Source: Oscillospiraceae bacterium (GTDB lineage Bacteria > Bacillota > Clostridia > Christensenellales > Aristaeellaceae). Taken from it: a stretch of 64,000 nt of DNA. The stretch lies in NCBI GenBank assembly GCA_031270865.1, contig JAISWI010000094.1, positions 8,001 through 72,000 on the forward strand. The letters run 5' to 3'. Positions 17,689 to 27,022 of the stretch are shown here, one piece after another (position 1 is the first letter of the stretch; every line of letters starts with the position of its first letter). The position numbers were made by a program, and so were the translations under genes. Below the pieces are notes generated by a model. It searched no databases. It had not been told where the DNA came from and saw nothing but the letters and a program-made list of their open reading frames with translations.

Positions 17689-19101
17689 ATGAGGAAACAC
17701 AACCGCGCGTATAGTAAGCGCGGTCGCACCAAGTGCGCCCAAAACAGACTCGCCCGACTGCGGCGCGTCTATAATGAACAAGTAAATAGCAACCGGGCAT
17801 GGATCGCGCGTCCATACGCCATTCCTGAAAAGCCCGCGGTAACTATAAAGATAAAGAAAATCAAGAAGTCCGAGGTTGAAGCCCCGTCACGCAAGCCCAT
17901 TACGGTCAGTACGTATGAGGAACTGCGCGACACGCTCGCAAGCGCGAGCACCGGGTCCGAAATCCAGCTTATTAACGATATTACGGTCACGAGCGGCCTG
18001 GCCATCCCAGCGAACAGGAGCATATACCTCACATCCGACCCGAATAACAACAGGCGCCTCACGCGCGGGCAGCTGCTTGGCGGCGATATGGTAACGGTCC
18101 TGGAAAACGCGCAGCTGTTCCTGTCGCGCGTGACGCTCGACGGCAACCAATACGGCGTGACCGTCGGCTCCGGCGCGTTGATCGCGATTACCCACACCAA
18201 CGCCAGGGTTTATCTATACAGTGGGTCGGAACTGGAGAACAACAGGAACGACTTCAACTCGGGCGGAGCGGTGCGCATAGACGGGGCTGGCCTTGCCGGA
18301 TTATCCATAGACGGCGGCGTTATCCGTCACAACACCGTCACGCAGACCGACCTGTACGGCGGCGGGGTGTTCGTCAACAAGGGCGTGCTTGAGCTGCGCG
18401 ACGGCGAGATAACGAATAATCACGCCTCGCTCGGCGGCGGCGTGGCCGCTTTCCCCAGCGGGTATATCCAGCTGGTGGGGGACGACATGTCCATCAGTGA
18501 GAACACCGCCACCGACGGCGGCGGCGTGTACCTCAACGGCGCGGCGTTCGCGATGCTGGCCGGGGATATCACCCGCAACAACGCCGATAAGAACGGCGGA
18601 GGCATGTTAATGACGGGGAACTCCGCGTTCAGCATGTCCGGCGGCGCGATAAGCCACAATACCGCGCTGTTGGACGGCGGAGGCATCGCCGATGAGAACA
18701 TGGTCGGCGGCATGGATGTTAACGGCGCATTAACCAACAACACCGCCACGCGGATGGGCGGCGCGATCTATATCGCGCACGACTCGCTCAACCGCCTGAG
18801 GGTCGGCGACAGCGCGGTATTCGCAGACAACCACGCCGCGTGGTCCACGCCCGCGCATACAGCCGCCGACGCGCTGCTCTACAACTCATTCGTGTCGCCC
18901 AGCGCGGTATGGACGAATCCGCTGTCACAGGGATATAACAACTATGATATCTCCTACCCGAAGCCTTCCGGCGGCGGTGGCGGCAGCGGAGGCGGCGGCA
19001 GGTTCGGCGGCTTCGGCTACAGCAGAACGCGTCGACGCGCCGACCAGGTCGTGTGGTGCGCCTCGACCGATTTCTGCGAGTGCGTCCGCAATCACGGCTA
19101 A
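17689..19101 (+). CDS. Right-handed beta-helix protein (PMP/GGAI-type repeats, adhesin-like); no signal peptide; Gly-rich plus Cys tail
   Basis: Repeated GGAV/GGGVF/GGGVA/GGGVY/GGGML/GGGIA/GGAIY turns. Also carries the ...WTNPLSQGYNNYDISY module. The N-terminus is very basic (MRKHNRAYSKRGRTK...) with no hydrophobic segment. The C-terminus is GGGGGSGGGGRFGGFGY...VVWCASTDFCECVRNHG. The start could be 17680 or 17689. Confidence 0.75.
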   Translation: MRKHNRAYSKRGRTKCAQNRLARLRRVYNEQVNSNRAWIARPYAIPEKPAVTIKIKKIKKSEVEAPSRKPITVSTYEELRDTLASASTGSEIQLINDITVTSGLAIPANRSIYLTSDPNNNRRLTRGQLLGGDMVTVLENAQLFLSRVTLDGNQYGVTVGSGALIAITHTNARVYLYSGSELENNRNDFNSGGAVRIDGAGLAGLSIDGGVIRHNTVTQTDLYGGGVFVNKGVLELRDGEITNNHASLGGGVAAFPSGYIQLVGDDMSISENTATDGGGVYLNGAAFAMLAGDITRNNADKNGGGMLMTGNSAFSMSGGAISHNTALLDGGGIADENMVGGMDVNGALTNNTATRMGGAIYIAHDSLNRLRVGDSAVFADNHAAWSTPAHTAADALLYNSFVSPSAVWTNPLSQGYNNYDISYPKPSGGGGGSGGGGRFGGFGYSRTRRRADQVVWCASTDFCECVRNHG

Positions 19102-19185
19102 GCCTATCAAAACATTAATGTATAGATAACAAGCATTTATCTATAAATGTATACGCTTCCCGATTGACTATAAGGAGAGATCGCC

Positions 19186-20253
19186 ATGTCAATGAACCGC
19201 ATGACTAAATATTACAAGAAGAGAAAGACTGCGGCGCGAAGCGGGAATATCCGCGCGGGATCGCCGTCATTAAGGATCGGCGTCAATGACTTCGCGAACC
19301 TGAACAATATACTCACAAACAACACCGGACCAGACATCGGAATCGAACTCACTGGGAATATTATTTTAACCGGCCCCCTAACGATACGCACCGGCAAAAC
19401 CGTAACCATATCATCCACCGGAGGCCGGAAAACCCTTACCCGCGCCGCGAACTTTAGCGGCGATATGTTTACGATTATGTCGGGCGCAAAGTTAATAATT
19501 AATAATGTTATTATCGACGGAAATAAGAACGGCGTCACAGGATCGCCAGGCGCGATCATCGTGTTGGCCGGTGTCGACTCCGCCCTCGACGTGGGAAACA
19601 ACACTATACTGCGGAATAATAAGAATGAAACAACAAACGGCGGGGCGATCAGCGCCAACGGAGGCCAGGTCAGGCTGCTATACGGATCGGAGATCTCTGG
19701 AAACACCGCGGCTTACGGAGGCGGCGTCGCGCTTATGGGCTCAACCACGCTCATACAAGAAAATGGCGGAACGATCAATAATAACGCCGCCGCAATTGAC
19801 GGCGGCGGCATAGCGGGAATCCTATGGTCCGGAACCATAAACATCCGAGGCAATATCTCCTTCAACGCCGCGGCAAAGAACGGCGGCGGCATATATGTCC
19901 CTAAGGGCAGCCTTTCCCGATTAACTGTCGAGAGCAGCGCAATCTTCAGCCAAAACACAGCGACAAACCCCGTGATGATGTATAAAGCGTCCGACCACGC
20001 GCTGTATACCTCGCGCATCTTTGGCATAGTATGGTCCGCGTACAACCAGGGCTACAACAACCTTGATATAGCCTACAGCAGGGCGGCAAGCGGAAGCGGC
20101 GGGACAGCCCGCAGGCAATCCGTATGGATCGGCGGGTCACACCCGGTCGTGCTGTGCGACAGGCCTTACAGCTCCCCGATAAACGTGCCGTGCGGGTGCC
20201 GGACGATGAACGGCGGCGGCAGGTGCTGCAACGTAAGCTTCCCCACCTGCTAG
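19186..20253 (+). CDS. Paralogous beta-helix protein; basic N-terminus; 7-Cys C-terminal tail
   Basis: Turns are GGAIS/GGGVA/GGGIA/GGGIY, and the ...YNQGYNNLDIAY module is shared with the upstream gene. N-terminus MSMNRMTKYYKKRKTAARS. C-terminus VVLCDRPYSSPINVPCGCRTMNGGGRCCNVSFPTC. AAGGAGAG lies 6 nt upstream. The gene is visibly more AT-rich than its neighbours. Confidence 0.75.
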   Translation: MSMNRMTKYYKKRKTAARSGNIRAGSPSLRIGVNDFANLNNILTNNTGPDIGIELTGNIILTGPLTIRTGKTVTISSTGGRKTLTRAANFSGDMFTIMSGAKLIINNVIIDGNKNGVTGSPGAIIVLAGVDSALDVGNNTILRNNKNETTNGGAISANGGQVRLLYGSEISGNTAAYGGGVALMGSTTLIQENGGTINNNAAAIDGGGIAGILWSGTINIRGNISFNAAAKNGGGIYVPKGSLSRLTVESSAIFSQNTATNPVMMYKASDHALYTSRIFGIVWSAYNQGYNNLDIAYSRAASGSGGTARRQSVWIGGSHPVVLCDRPYSSPINVPCGCRTMNGGGRCCNVSFPTC

Positions 20254-20273
20254 AACTGACAATCCCGGACGAG

Positions 20274-20305
20274 GCGGGCGGCCAGAACAGGCCGCCCGCT
20301 TTACC
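20274..20305 (+). terminator. Intrinsic terminator between convergent genes
   Basis: GCGGGCGGCC-agaaca-GGCCGCCCGC followed by TTTACC. Confidence 0.6.
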
Positions 20306-20309
20306 TTAC

Positions 20310-21110
20310 CTAAACCTCTATCAGCCCCTCGCGGAACTTATCCAGATACTCCAAACAATACTCATCAATCCCCAGCAGCGCCTCCGCCGCCCATATCAGC
20401 GACATCAGTTTGGTATCCAGCGGGTCAAGGATCGCGCCGTCCATCCCGGCGGCCATCGCCGCGACAAGGAACGCCTGGTTGACCAGCTTCCGCGCGGGCA
20501 AACCAAACGACACGTTGGACAGCCCGCACGCGATATGCGCGTCCGGGTACTCCGTCTTGACGCGGCGGATCGTCTCGATAGCCGCAACGCCGTAGCGCGG
20601 CCCGGTCGACACGGGCCTTACCAGCGGGTCGATGTATATATCCGACAGCGGCACGCCCGCGCCGGTCAGCTTCGCTATCAGCCTTTCGGCAATCGCGAAC
20701 CTTCCGTCGGCGGTCTCGGGCATCCCAGTGTCGTCCATGCACAGCGCGATCAGCTTCGCCTTGTACTCCAGCGCGAGCGGGAGTATAGCGTCGAACCGCG
20801 CCTTCTCGTCCGTGATGGAGTTGATGAGCGGCTGGCCGTTCCTATTCACCTTCAGCGCGGCGGCGACAGCCTCCGCGCTGGGCGAATCGATGGAGAACGG
20901 CTTATCCGTCACGGCCTGGACCGTCTCCACCAGCCACGCGACGCGCTCGGGCTCGGTGCCGTGGAACATCCCCGCGTTAACGTCGATGAACGCGGCCCCG
21001 GCGTCCGCCTGCTTCTTCGCCAGCGACTGGATAGCCGCCGCGTCATACTTCTCGATCGCGGGCCGCACGGCCTTCAGCGTGCTGTTGATCTTCTCGCCAA
21101 TTATTATCAT
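20310..21110 (-). CDS. Methyltetrahydrofolate:corrinoid methyltransferase (AcsE/MtgA-like pterin-binding protein)
   Basis: MIIIGEKINSTLKAVRPAIEKYD...FIDVNAG...LINSIT...IYIDPLV...GLSNVSFG closely parallels Moorella MeTr (MLIIGERING...LDLNVG...MINSTN...LYIDPLI...GLSNVSQ). Confidence 0.8.
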   Translation of the reverse strand: MIIIGEKINSTLKAVRPAIEKYDAAAIQSLAKKQADAGAAFIDVNAGMFHGTEPERVAWLVETVQAVTDKPFSIDSPSAEAVAAALKVNRNGQPLINSITDEKARFDAILPLALEYKAKLIALCMDDTGMPETADGRFAIAERLIAKLTGAGVPLSDIYIDPLVRPVSTGPRYGVAAIETIRRVKTEYPDAHIACGLSNVSFGLPARKLVNQAFLVAAMAAGMDGAILDPLDTKLMSLIWAAEALLGIDEYCLEYLDKFREGLIEV

Positions 21111-21124
21111 AATATAACCGCTCC

Positions 21125-22123
21125 TTATCCCAAAGCCTCGGCCAGCGCGGGGACGACCTCGAACAGGTCGCCAGTCACCGCTATGTCGGCCAGCTTCATC
21201 ATAGGCGTGTCGGGGTTCCTATCGATCGCGACGATGCAGCCACAGGACTGCATGCCCACCAGATGCTGTATCTGCCCGGATATCCCGCAGGCTATATACA
21301 GCGCGGTCTGCACGGTCTGGCCGGTCTGCCCCACCTGGTGAGGATAGGCGATCCATCCGGCGTCGACAGCCGCGCGGCTCGCCCCGACCGCGCCGCCCAG
21401 CTTATCCGCCAGACGCTTGAGCATCGCGAAGCCTTCCGGCCCCCTCATCGCGCGTCCGCCGGATACTATAACCTTCGCGTCGGCCAGGTTCACGCCCGAC
21501 TCACCGCCGCGAACCGTCTCGATAACGCGCTTCGCGTTCGTCACCCCGGCGTCGGGCGGCTGTTCCCTGATGGTCTCGCCCTTGCGGGTTGGATCGGGCG
21601 GCAAGGCCTTCATCACGTTCGGGCGCACCGTGGCCATCTGTGGGCGGTGGTTGGACGCGCGGATCGTGGCCATGATGTTCCCGCCGAACGCTGGCCGGGT
21701 CTGGAGCAGGTCGCCCGTTTCCGGATCGATCGCCAGTCCCGTGCAGTCGGCGGTCAATCCCGACACGGTCCGCACCGCCGCGCGTGGGATCAACGCGCGT
21801 CCCCGGGCGGTCGCCGCGCACAGCACGATCTCTGGCTTGTACTTGCCTATAAGATGGTTCAGCGACGCGCACTCCAGCTCGTCGTTAAATCCTACGAACT
21901 CCGGCCCGTTTACCACGATCGCGATGTCCGCGCCGTACGCGAACAGCGACGCGTCGGCCTCGCCGCCAACCACTATCGCGGCGACACGCGATCCCCGCGC
22001 GTCCGCCAGGCCTCGCGCCGCGCCGATCAACTCATACGTGACGGGCTGAATCGCGCCGCCGACGGTCTCCGCTATGATCCATACATTCGTGAATAACGGC
22101 TTATCAGCGTCAGTTATCCGCAT
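21125..22123 (-). CDS. etfA: Electron transfer flavoprotein alpha subunit
   Basis: ...VWIIAE...RPAFGGNIMATI...SGGRA...ASRAAVDAGW...QVGQTGQTV...YIACGISGQIQH... The start at 22123 lies 2 nt after the etfB stop. Confidence 0.9.
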   Translation of the reverse strand: MRITDADKPLFTNVWIIAETVGGAIQPVTYELIGAARGLADARGSRVAAIVVGGEADASLFAYGADIAIVVNGPEFVGFNDELECASLNHLIGKYKPEIVLCAATARGRALIPRAAVRTVSGLTADCTGLAIDPETGDLLQTRPAFGGNIMATIRASNHRPQMATVRPNVMKALPPDPTRKGETIREQPPDAGVTNAKRVIETVRGGESGVNLADAKVIVSGGRAMRGPEGFAMLKRLADKLGGAVGASRAAVDAGWIAYPHQVGQTGQTVQTALYIACGISGQIQHLVGMQSCGCIVAIDRNPDTPMMKLADIAVTGDLFEVVPALAEALG

Positions 22124-22125
22124 GG

Positions 22126-22926
22126 TCAGCGCCCTCCCTGTATCAGTTCGCGGGCCTGGAGGATTTCTAGCAGCCGCGAGGCGCACTCTACTGGCGATCC
22201 AGCGACATGGATTGTCCCGCCGCCGCGCGGTTCGGGCGGAGCGGTCCTGACAACGCGCGTGGGCGACGCGTCAAGGCCGATCTTGGACAGGTCGGCCGCT
22301 ATGTCGGCAGGTTTCCATACCGGCACGTCGGCGGCGCGGGCGGCCAGCACACCGCGCAGCGAAGGCACGCGCGGCTGGTTTATCCCCTTGACCACCGTAA
22401 TAACGGCGGGGAAGGCCAGCTCGCACACGTCGTAACCATCCTCGTTCATGCGCTGGACGGTGATTGTTTCAGGAGTAACCGCGCGGATGTCCGCGACATA
22501 TGTAGCCTGACAGAATCCCAGATGCGCCGCGATGCCCGGCCCGACCTGCGCGGTATCGCCGTCGACGGCCTGTTTGCCGCAAATGACCAGATCAACGCCG
22601 CCGATCGTATCGACCGCGCGGGCCAGCGCGTAGCTGGTAGCCCATGTGTCGGAGCCGCCGAACGCGCGGTCGCTGAGCAGGACGCCGCGATCCGCGCCGA
22701 TAGAGAGGGCCTCGCGTATCACCGCGGACGCGCGTTCCGGGCCCATCGACAGCGCGATCACCTCGCCGCCGAACCGCTCGCGCAGCAGCACGGCCTCCTC
22801 GACAGCGTACAGGTCGAACGGGTTAAGGATGGATTTCACGCCCTCGCGGATGATCCGCTTGGTCTCGGGGTCTATCTTCGCGTCGGACGTGCCGGGCACC
22901 TGCTTAACGCATACCACTATCTTCAT
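22126..22926 (-). CDS. etfB: Electron transfer flavoprotein beta subunit
   Basis: MKIVVCVKQVPGTSDAKIDPETKRIIREGV..LNPFDLYAVEEA... The start overlaps the upstream stop (ATGA). Confidence 0.9.
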   Translation of the reverse strand: MKIVVCVKQVPGTSDAKIDPETKRIIREGVKSILNPFDLYAVEEAVLLRERFGGEVIALSMGPERASAVIREALSIGADRGVLLSDRAFGGSDTWATSYALARAVDTIGGVDLVICGKQAVDGDTAQVGPGIAAHLGFCQATYVADIRAVTPETITVQRMNEDGYDVCELAFPAVITVVKGINQPRVPSLRGVLAARAADVPVWKPADIAADLSKIGLDASPTRVVRTAPPEPRGGGTIHVAGSPVECASRLLEILQARELIQGGR

Positions 22927-23741
22927 GACGCTGTCGCCTCCGGCAGGTTCTTCCAAAGCTTCTCGATGATCGGATACTGGATCTTGAAGCCCAGCAGCGA
23001 CAGGTAGACGCCGCATTGGGGGTACCAGGCGTGGAGCTTGCGCAGGGTATCCAGCGGGCTGTAGGCCGTGTCCTCGGGGATCTGGTAGCCGACGACGTCG
23101 GAGAGGAGGTAGAGCTTCTTGGTCATCCAGGCTTCGACGACGGTCGGGATGGCGGGATAGCGGCGCAGGAGTTCGTCAACGACGGGGTGCCGCGCGATTA
23201 TGGGCTGCGTGACGATAAATGTCGCGCCGGCGGCCAGCTTGCGCTCCATCTTCGCGAATTCATGGTCGGGCGGCTCGTACGGGTTGAACGCCACGCCCAG
23301 GATGTATTCGGGGTAAGCGCTCCTGATGTACTGAAGCAACTCGACGGAGGTTACGGAGGAAACGCCTTCCGCGCCAACGTCGGCGGGCTGGAGTTTGGGC
23401 AATCGATCCGAACCGTCGCCGCTGATAGCCAGCAGGTACCTCAGCCCCATCCGGCGGCCTTCGGAGAGGATGAAGTCGAGGTCAGGCTTGGTGTGGAAGG
23501 TGTTGAGGTGGATCATCACCTGGTCGGGCGGGACGGGCAGGCCGAGGTACTCGATCGTCTCAAGGCCCTGGAAGGCTAAGAGGCCCATCGCGTTGTCGGT
23601 TATACAGGCGCAGTAGCCGCTGGCCATCACGCGGCGGTACTTCTCGGCGAACTGGACGAGGTCGGCGTCCAATTTCTCGGAGTCCTGCTTAGGAGGGACT
23701 ATTTCTACGTGATAGCGGCGGTTTTGGATATGTTCGCGCAT
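22923..23741 (-). CDS. Methylenetetrahydrofolate reductase (MetF)-like TIM-barrel protein
   Basis: ...YHVEIVPPK...HLNT...LLAISGDG...AFNPYEPPD...ATFIVTQP parallels E. coli MetF (FEFFPP...HLTC...ALRGD...AYPEVHPE...AITQFFF). I chose the ATG at 23741, which has GGAAAGG upstream. Confidence 0.75.
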   Translation of the reverse strand: MREHIQNRRYHVEIVPPKQDSEKLDADLVQFAEKYRRVMASGYCACITDNAMGLLAFQGLETIEYLGLPVPPDQVMIHLNTFHTKPDLDFILSEGRRMGLRYLLAISGDGSDRLPKLQPADVGAEGVSSVTSVELLQYIRSAYPEYILGVAFNPYEPPDHEFAKMERKLAAGATFIVTQPIIARHPVVDELLRRYPAIPTVVEAWMTKKLYLLSDVVGYQIPEDTAYSPLDTLRKLHAWYPQCGVYLSLLGFKIQYPIIEKLWKNLPEATAS

Positions 23742-23850
23742 ACGACCAGCCTTTCCGGTGCGTAATATGGTAGAATGACCATCACGCATTGTAACATGGC
23801 TTACGCTGAAGCGCAAACCATAGAGGAACAACATACCCTGGCCACGAGGG

Positions 23851-23961
23851 TCCAGCGTCACGCTGGTCAGGGGGTCAAGGGGGGTGAAACCCCCTTGCGG
23901 GGTCTGGGGCGGAGCCCCAGCGTTCCCCTCCTTGCCGCCCCTGGTAGGCGACAAGGGGGGG
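23851..23961. repeat. G-rich hairpin repeat element (copy C)
   Basis: Three hairpins: CCAGCG-tca-CGCTGG, AAGGGGG-gtgaaa-CCCCCTT and CTGGGGC-gga-GCCCCAG. They are followed by ggtaggcgacaaggggggg, which shares the GGCGACA(A/G)(A/G)GGGGG core with the other copies. Confidence 0.6.
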
Positions 23962-25275
23962 TTAGTGGTTCAACCTTGCCGGAACCTTCTCCAGCGAGAG
24001 GAACCCATCATCCTCATGACGCCTGTTGATCAACGAGGCGCGCCCATACTGCGCGACCGCTGTAGCGCAGCTCGTCGGCCACGGCTCGCGTCCCTGCGCG
24101 AAGCACGCCAGCAGATCGCCTTCCCGCAGCCTGGGCAGCGTAACATCCCACGCCAAAAACCCGCTCGGGCTAGACGACCTGTCCGCCACCGCGCATGGCT
24201 CCAACTCCCCGCTCACCCGGTTCGCCAGCGCGAACATCGGCTGCCGCCTCTGGAACGCTGTGTTCGACACGTCGGGAGCGGCCGCGTCGGTCACGGCAAC
24301 CGTCCTCATTCCCGACGCCTCGAACCGCTTCACGGCCTCAACCCTCGTCAGCAGCGTTCCGGCCTCCTGCACAACCGCCCTACCGGGCGTCAAACTCAAC
24401 GCCGGCAGCCCCATGCCTTTCCTCTGGCACATCGACCTTAACGCGTACGCCAACTCGCCCAGCGTATCCGACACCGGCGGCGGGTCGTCATCCCTGGCGA
24501 ACCTTACCGGAAACCCGCCGCCAAGGTTGAGCTCCCGCACCTCCGCGCCTATTACCACCATCGCCAGCACAACACAGTCAGTCAACTGCTCCAACGCCGC
24601 GATATACGGCTGCTCGGACTCAATCTGCGATCCCAGGTGCGCGTGAAGCCCCGCCAGCCTCAAGTTCGGACACGCCGCTATCCTCTTGACCGCGCCCAGC
24701 GCCTCCTCATGCGGCACCCCAAACCTCGCGCCGGGCACGCATCCCCATAACGAATCCCGCGCGTGCAGCGGCACGTTAAGCCCGGGGTTAATCCTCAACA
24801 GCACATCCTGCTTAACCCCAGCCGACTTCGCCGACTGCTGCAGCTGTTCTATCTCCTCCGCGCTGTCTATCGAAACGCGGCCGATCCCCAGCTGTACGGC
24901 CCGCTCGATCACCTCCGCAGACTTCGGCCCATATAACAATATCGCCTCGCCCGGAAACCCCGCGCCCAAGCCCGCCCGCGCGTGCGCCAGCGTAGCCGCC
25001 GCCAGGCCCATCCCCTCCTGCCGGACTATCCGCAAAACGGTTTGCGCCGGGTTGACCTCCGCCGCGTACCACGCGCCGCCGCCCAACCCCGCGTCCTTCA
25101 GCCCGCGCGTAAACGCGCGGCATCGCTGCCTTATCGCCAGCTCATCCAAAACCACCAGCGGCGTGCCGTACGTCGCGGTCAGCTCCACAGCGTCGCACCC
25201 GGCGGCGATCAAGTGTTTCTTAGCGTTATAGCCGCCGTCCGCGCCGGAATCGTAATACCCATCCTGCCGGTTCAT
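23962..25275 (-). CDS. Diaminopimelate/ornithine decarboxylase-fold (PLP fold type III) homolog, probably non-catalytic
   Basis: HAHLGSQI and NLGGGFPV are conserved. Aligned by eye to LysA, the PLP-lysine position reads YAAEVNP (LysA: FAQKACS / YASKAFS). EPGR becomes TPGR, and CESGD becomes CAVAD. GGGGGAG lies 5 nt upstream of the ATG at 25275. Confidence 0.7.
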   Translation of the reverse strand: MNRQDGYYDSGADGGYNAKKHLIAAGCDAVELTATYGTPLVVLDELAIRQRCRAFTRGLKDAGLGGGAWYAAEVNPAQTVLRIVRQEGMGLAAATLAHARAGLGAGFPGEAILLYGPKSAEVIERAVQLGIGRVSIDSAEEIEQLQQSAKSAGVKQDVLLRINPGLNVPLHARDSLWGCVPGARFGVPHEEALGAVKRIAACPNLRLAGLHAHLGSQIESEQPYIAALEQLTDCVVLAMVVIGAEVRELNLGGGFPVRFARDDDPPPVSDTLGELAYALRSMCQRKGMGLPALSLTPGRAVVQEAGTLLTRVEAVKRFEASGMRTVAVTDAAAPDVSNTAFQRRQPMFALANRVSGELEPCAVADRSSSPSGFLAWDVTLPRLREGDLLACFAQGREPWPTSCATAVAQYGRASLINRRHEDDGFLSLEKVPARLNH

Positions 25276-25318
25276 CTCAACTCCCCCGGCAGATTCTAAC
25301 ATGTTCCGACCGCCGCTG

Positions 25319-27022
25319 TCAAATCTCGGCGCGGGAATACCAAATCCCCGCGCGCCGCTTCAGCGCGACCAGCGCCGCCGCCGCCAGCGCCGCGTTAAGC
25401 GGACATTGCGCCATATACATCGCGCGCGCCGGTACGTGTCCCCTTACCAACAACAGCGCGGTCGGGACGATCAATATTGCTGAATAGGCAAGCGCGGCCA
25501 GGGAGCCAAGCATAGAATTCATGTTCTGCTTGACGGCCTCGATGGGATTCGTCCACAGCAGTTTCGGTCGAATTATATCGACGGCCAGCTGCAGCGCGGT
25601 AACCGGAACCATCGCCGGCAAGCTGAGCGCGAACCCGAGCGCCAGCCCAGCCACGGGCAGCCTCATCGACACGCCCAGGCTCACCGCCATCAGCAGCGCC
25701 AGCAGCCACGCCAAAACCAGCGAGAACAGCATCTTCCCCATGGCAAGCGTACCATACGGCACGGGCGTAACGCGCGACCACGCGTACATCCTCCCTTCAC
25801 GCGAGACGGACGTCGACGCGGCGATGTTCAGGCATCCTATAACCATCGACAGCGCCGCGGACACCATCGCGATCATCCATGGATCGTTGAAGAAGCGCGT
25901 AAGCAGGTTGATCAGCGCGTCCAGTTCGGGATCAACGCCCGACCCTCCGACCAGCATCATCGCTAGAAGCATCACTGGCATAATAATTATTATCGTAACC
26001 GTATTCATCGCGTAGACAGGCGTACGCAGCGTGAGCTTAGCCTCGCGGATCGTCACCGCGAGCAATGGCGAGCGCCGCCTGAACGCCCTGCCGCCCAACA
26101 CCGCCCGACTCGCCCGCATGTGCGATTCGGACTGCGCGGACACCCCTGCCTGGTATATCTTGCCAGCAAGCCACAGCGTCGCGGCGGACAACGCGCCGGA
26201 CAGCGCGGCCATCCCCGCGAGGTATCCTATAGAAGAAGCGCCCCCGACCGTCAACGCGCGATAACCCAACCAAACCGGCGGTATCGCCCGCGCGATCCGG
26301 TCGAACAGGTCCACCCGCCCTATCAGCCACCGCAGCAGCAAGCCGCCGTCGATTAACACTGTTAAGCGGCTGGTCAGCCAGATCTCCCCCGCGACAAACC
26401 CCACCATCAGCGCAAGCCCGCCGATAACGGCCACCAGGTCCCGCCGCCGCCACAACGCGCTCCAGCGCATCAGCGGCAGCGATACAAGCGCGGCAAGCGT
26501 CAGCGGCAGCGACAACGCGCACAGCCATACGATGAACGCCTTGGCGTAATAGAACGCCCCCGCCTTCGTTAGTATGCCGTATATAATGAACATCGGCCAC
26601 GTCAGCGGTATTGAAGTCACGGCCTCGCCCAGGAACGCCTGGCTGATCTTCACCGCGAAGACCGTCCGCCCCGTCACGGGCAGCGCGGCCAACGCCTCCG
26701 CGTCGCGGCTCAGGTACAGCACGCCCAGCAGGAAGCCCATCCCCGCTACCAGCGTGCCCGCCATCCCGACGGCCAGACCCATGAGCGGCAGCAGCCGCGC
26801 GATCCCCACCGAGGACAGCGTCCTGCCGAGCGCCCACACCAGCCAAACCAGCATACCAACCAAACCGCCTATGCCCACCGCCGCGACCGCTCCAACCCCA
26901 AGCCCCTTCCACCATCCCGGCGGACGCTCCCGCAGTTGCTGCCGCACCAACGACAGCCCCAGCCGCTGGCGAAGCTGCGCCCTTAACAACAATACGAACG
27001 GCGCGTTACTCATCCCAATCAC
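25319..27022 (-). CDS. Polytopic ABC exporter permease
   Basis: About 565 aa with many hydrophobic helices. The start (27022 or 27013) overlaps the stop of the ATPase gene. Confidence 0.7.
   Translation of the reverse strand: MIGMSNAPFVLLLRAQLRQRLGLSLVRQQLRERPPGWWKGLGVGAVAAVGIGGLVGMLVWLVWALGRTLSSVGIARLLPLMGLAVGMAGTLVAGMGFLLGVLYLSRDAEALAALPVTGRTVFAVKISQAFLGEAVTSIPLTWPMFIIYGILTKAGAFYYAKAFIVWLCALSLPLTLAALVSLPLMRWSALWRRRDLVAVIGGLALMVGFVAGEIWLTSRLTVLIDGGLLLRWLIGRVDLFDRIARAIPPVWLGYRALTVGGASSIGYLAGMAALSGALSAATLWLAGKIYQAGVSAQSESHMRASRAVLGGRAFRRRSPLLAVTIREAKLTLRTPVYAMNTVTIIIIMPVMLLAMMLVGGSGVDPELDALINLLTRFFNDPWMIAMVSAALSMVIGCLNIAASTSVSREGRMYAWSRVTPVPYGTLAMGKMLFSLVLAWLLALLMAVSLGVSMRLPVAGLALGFALSLPAMVPVTALQLAVDIIRPKLLWTNPIEAVKQNMNSMLGSLAALAYSAILIVPTALLLVRGHVPARAMYMAQCPLNAALAAAALVALKRRAGIWYSRAEI

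Noticed and set aside
17600-20310. Genomic island or mobile element carrying the beta-helix paralogs
   Set aside because: The lower GC is suggestive. However, I see no integrase, transposase, tRNA target or flanking direct repeats, so no mobile-element call is made.
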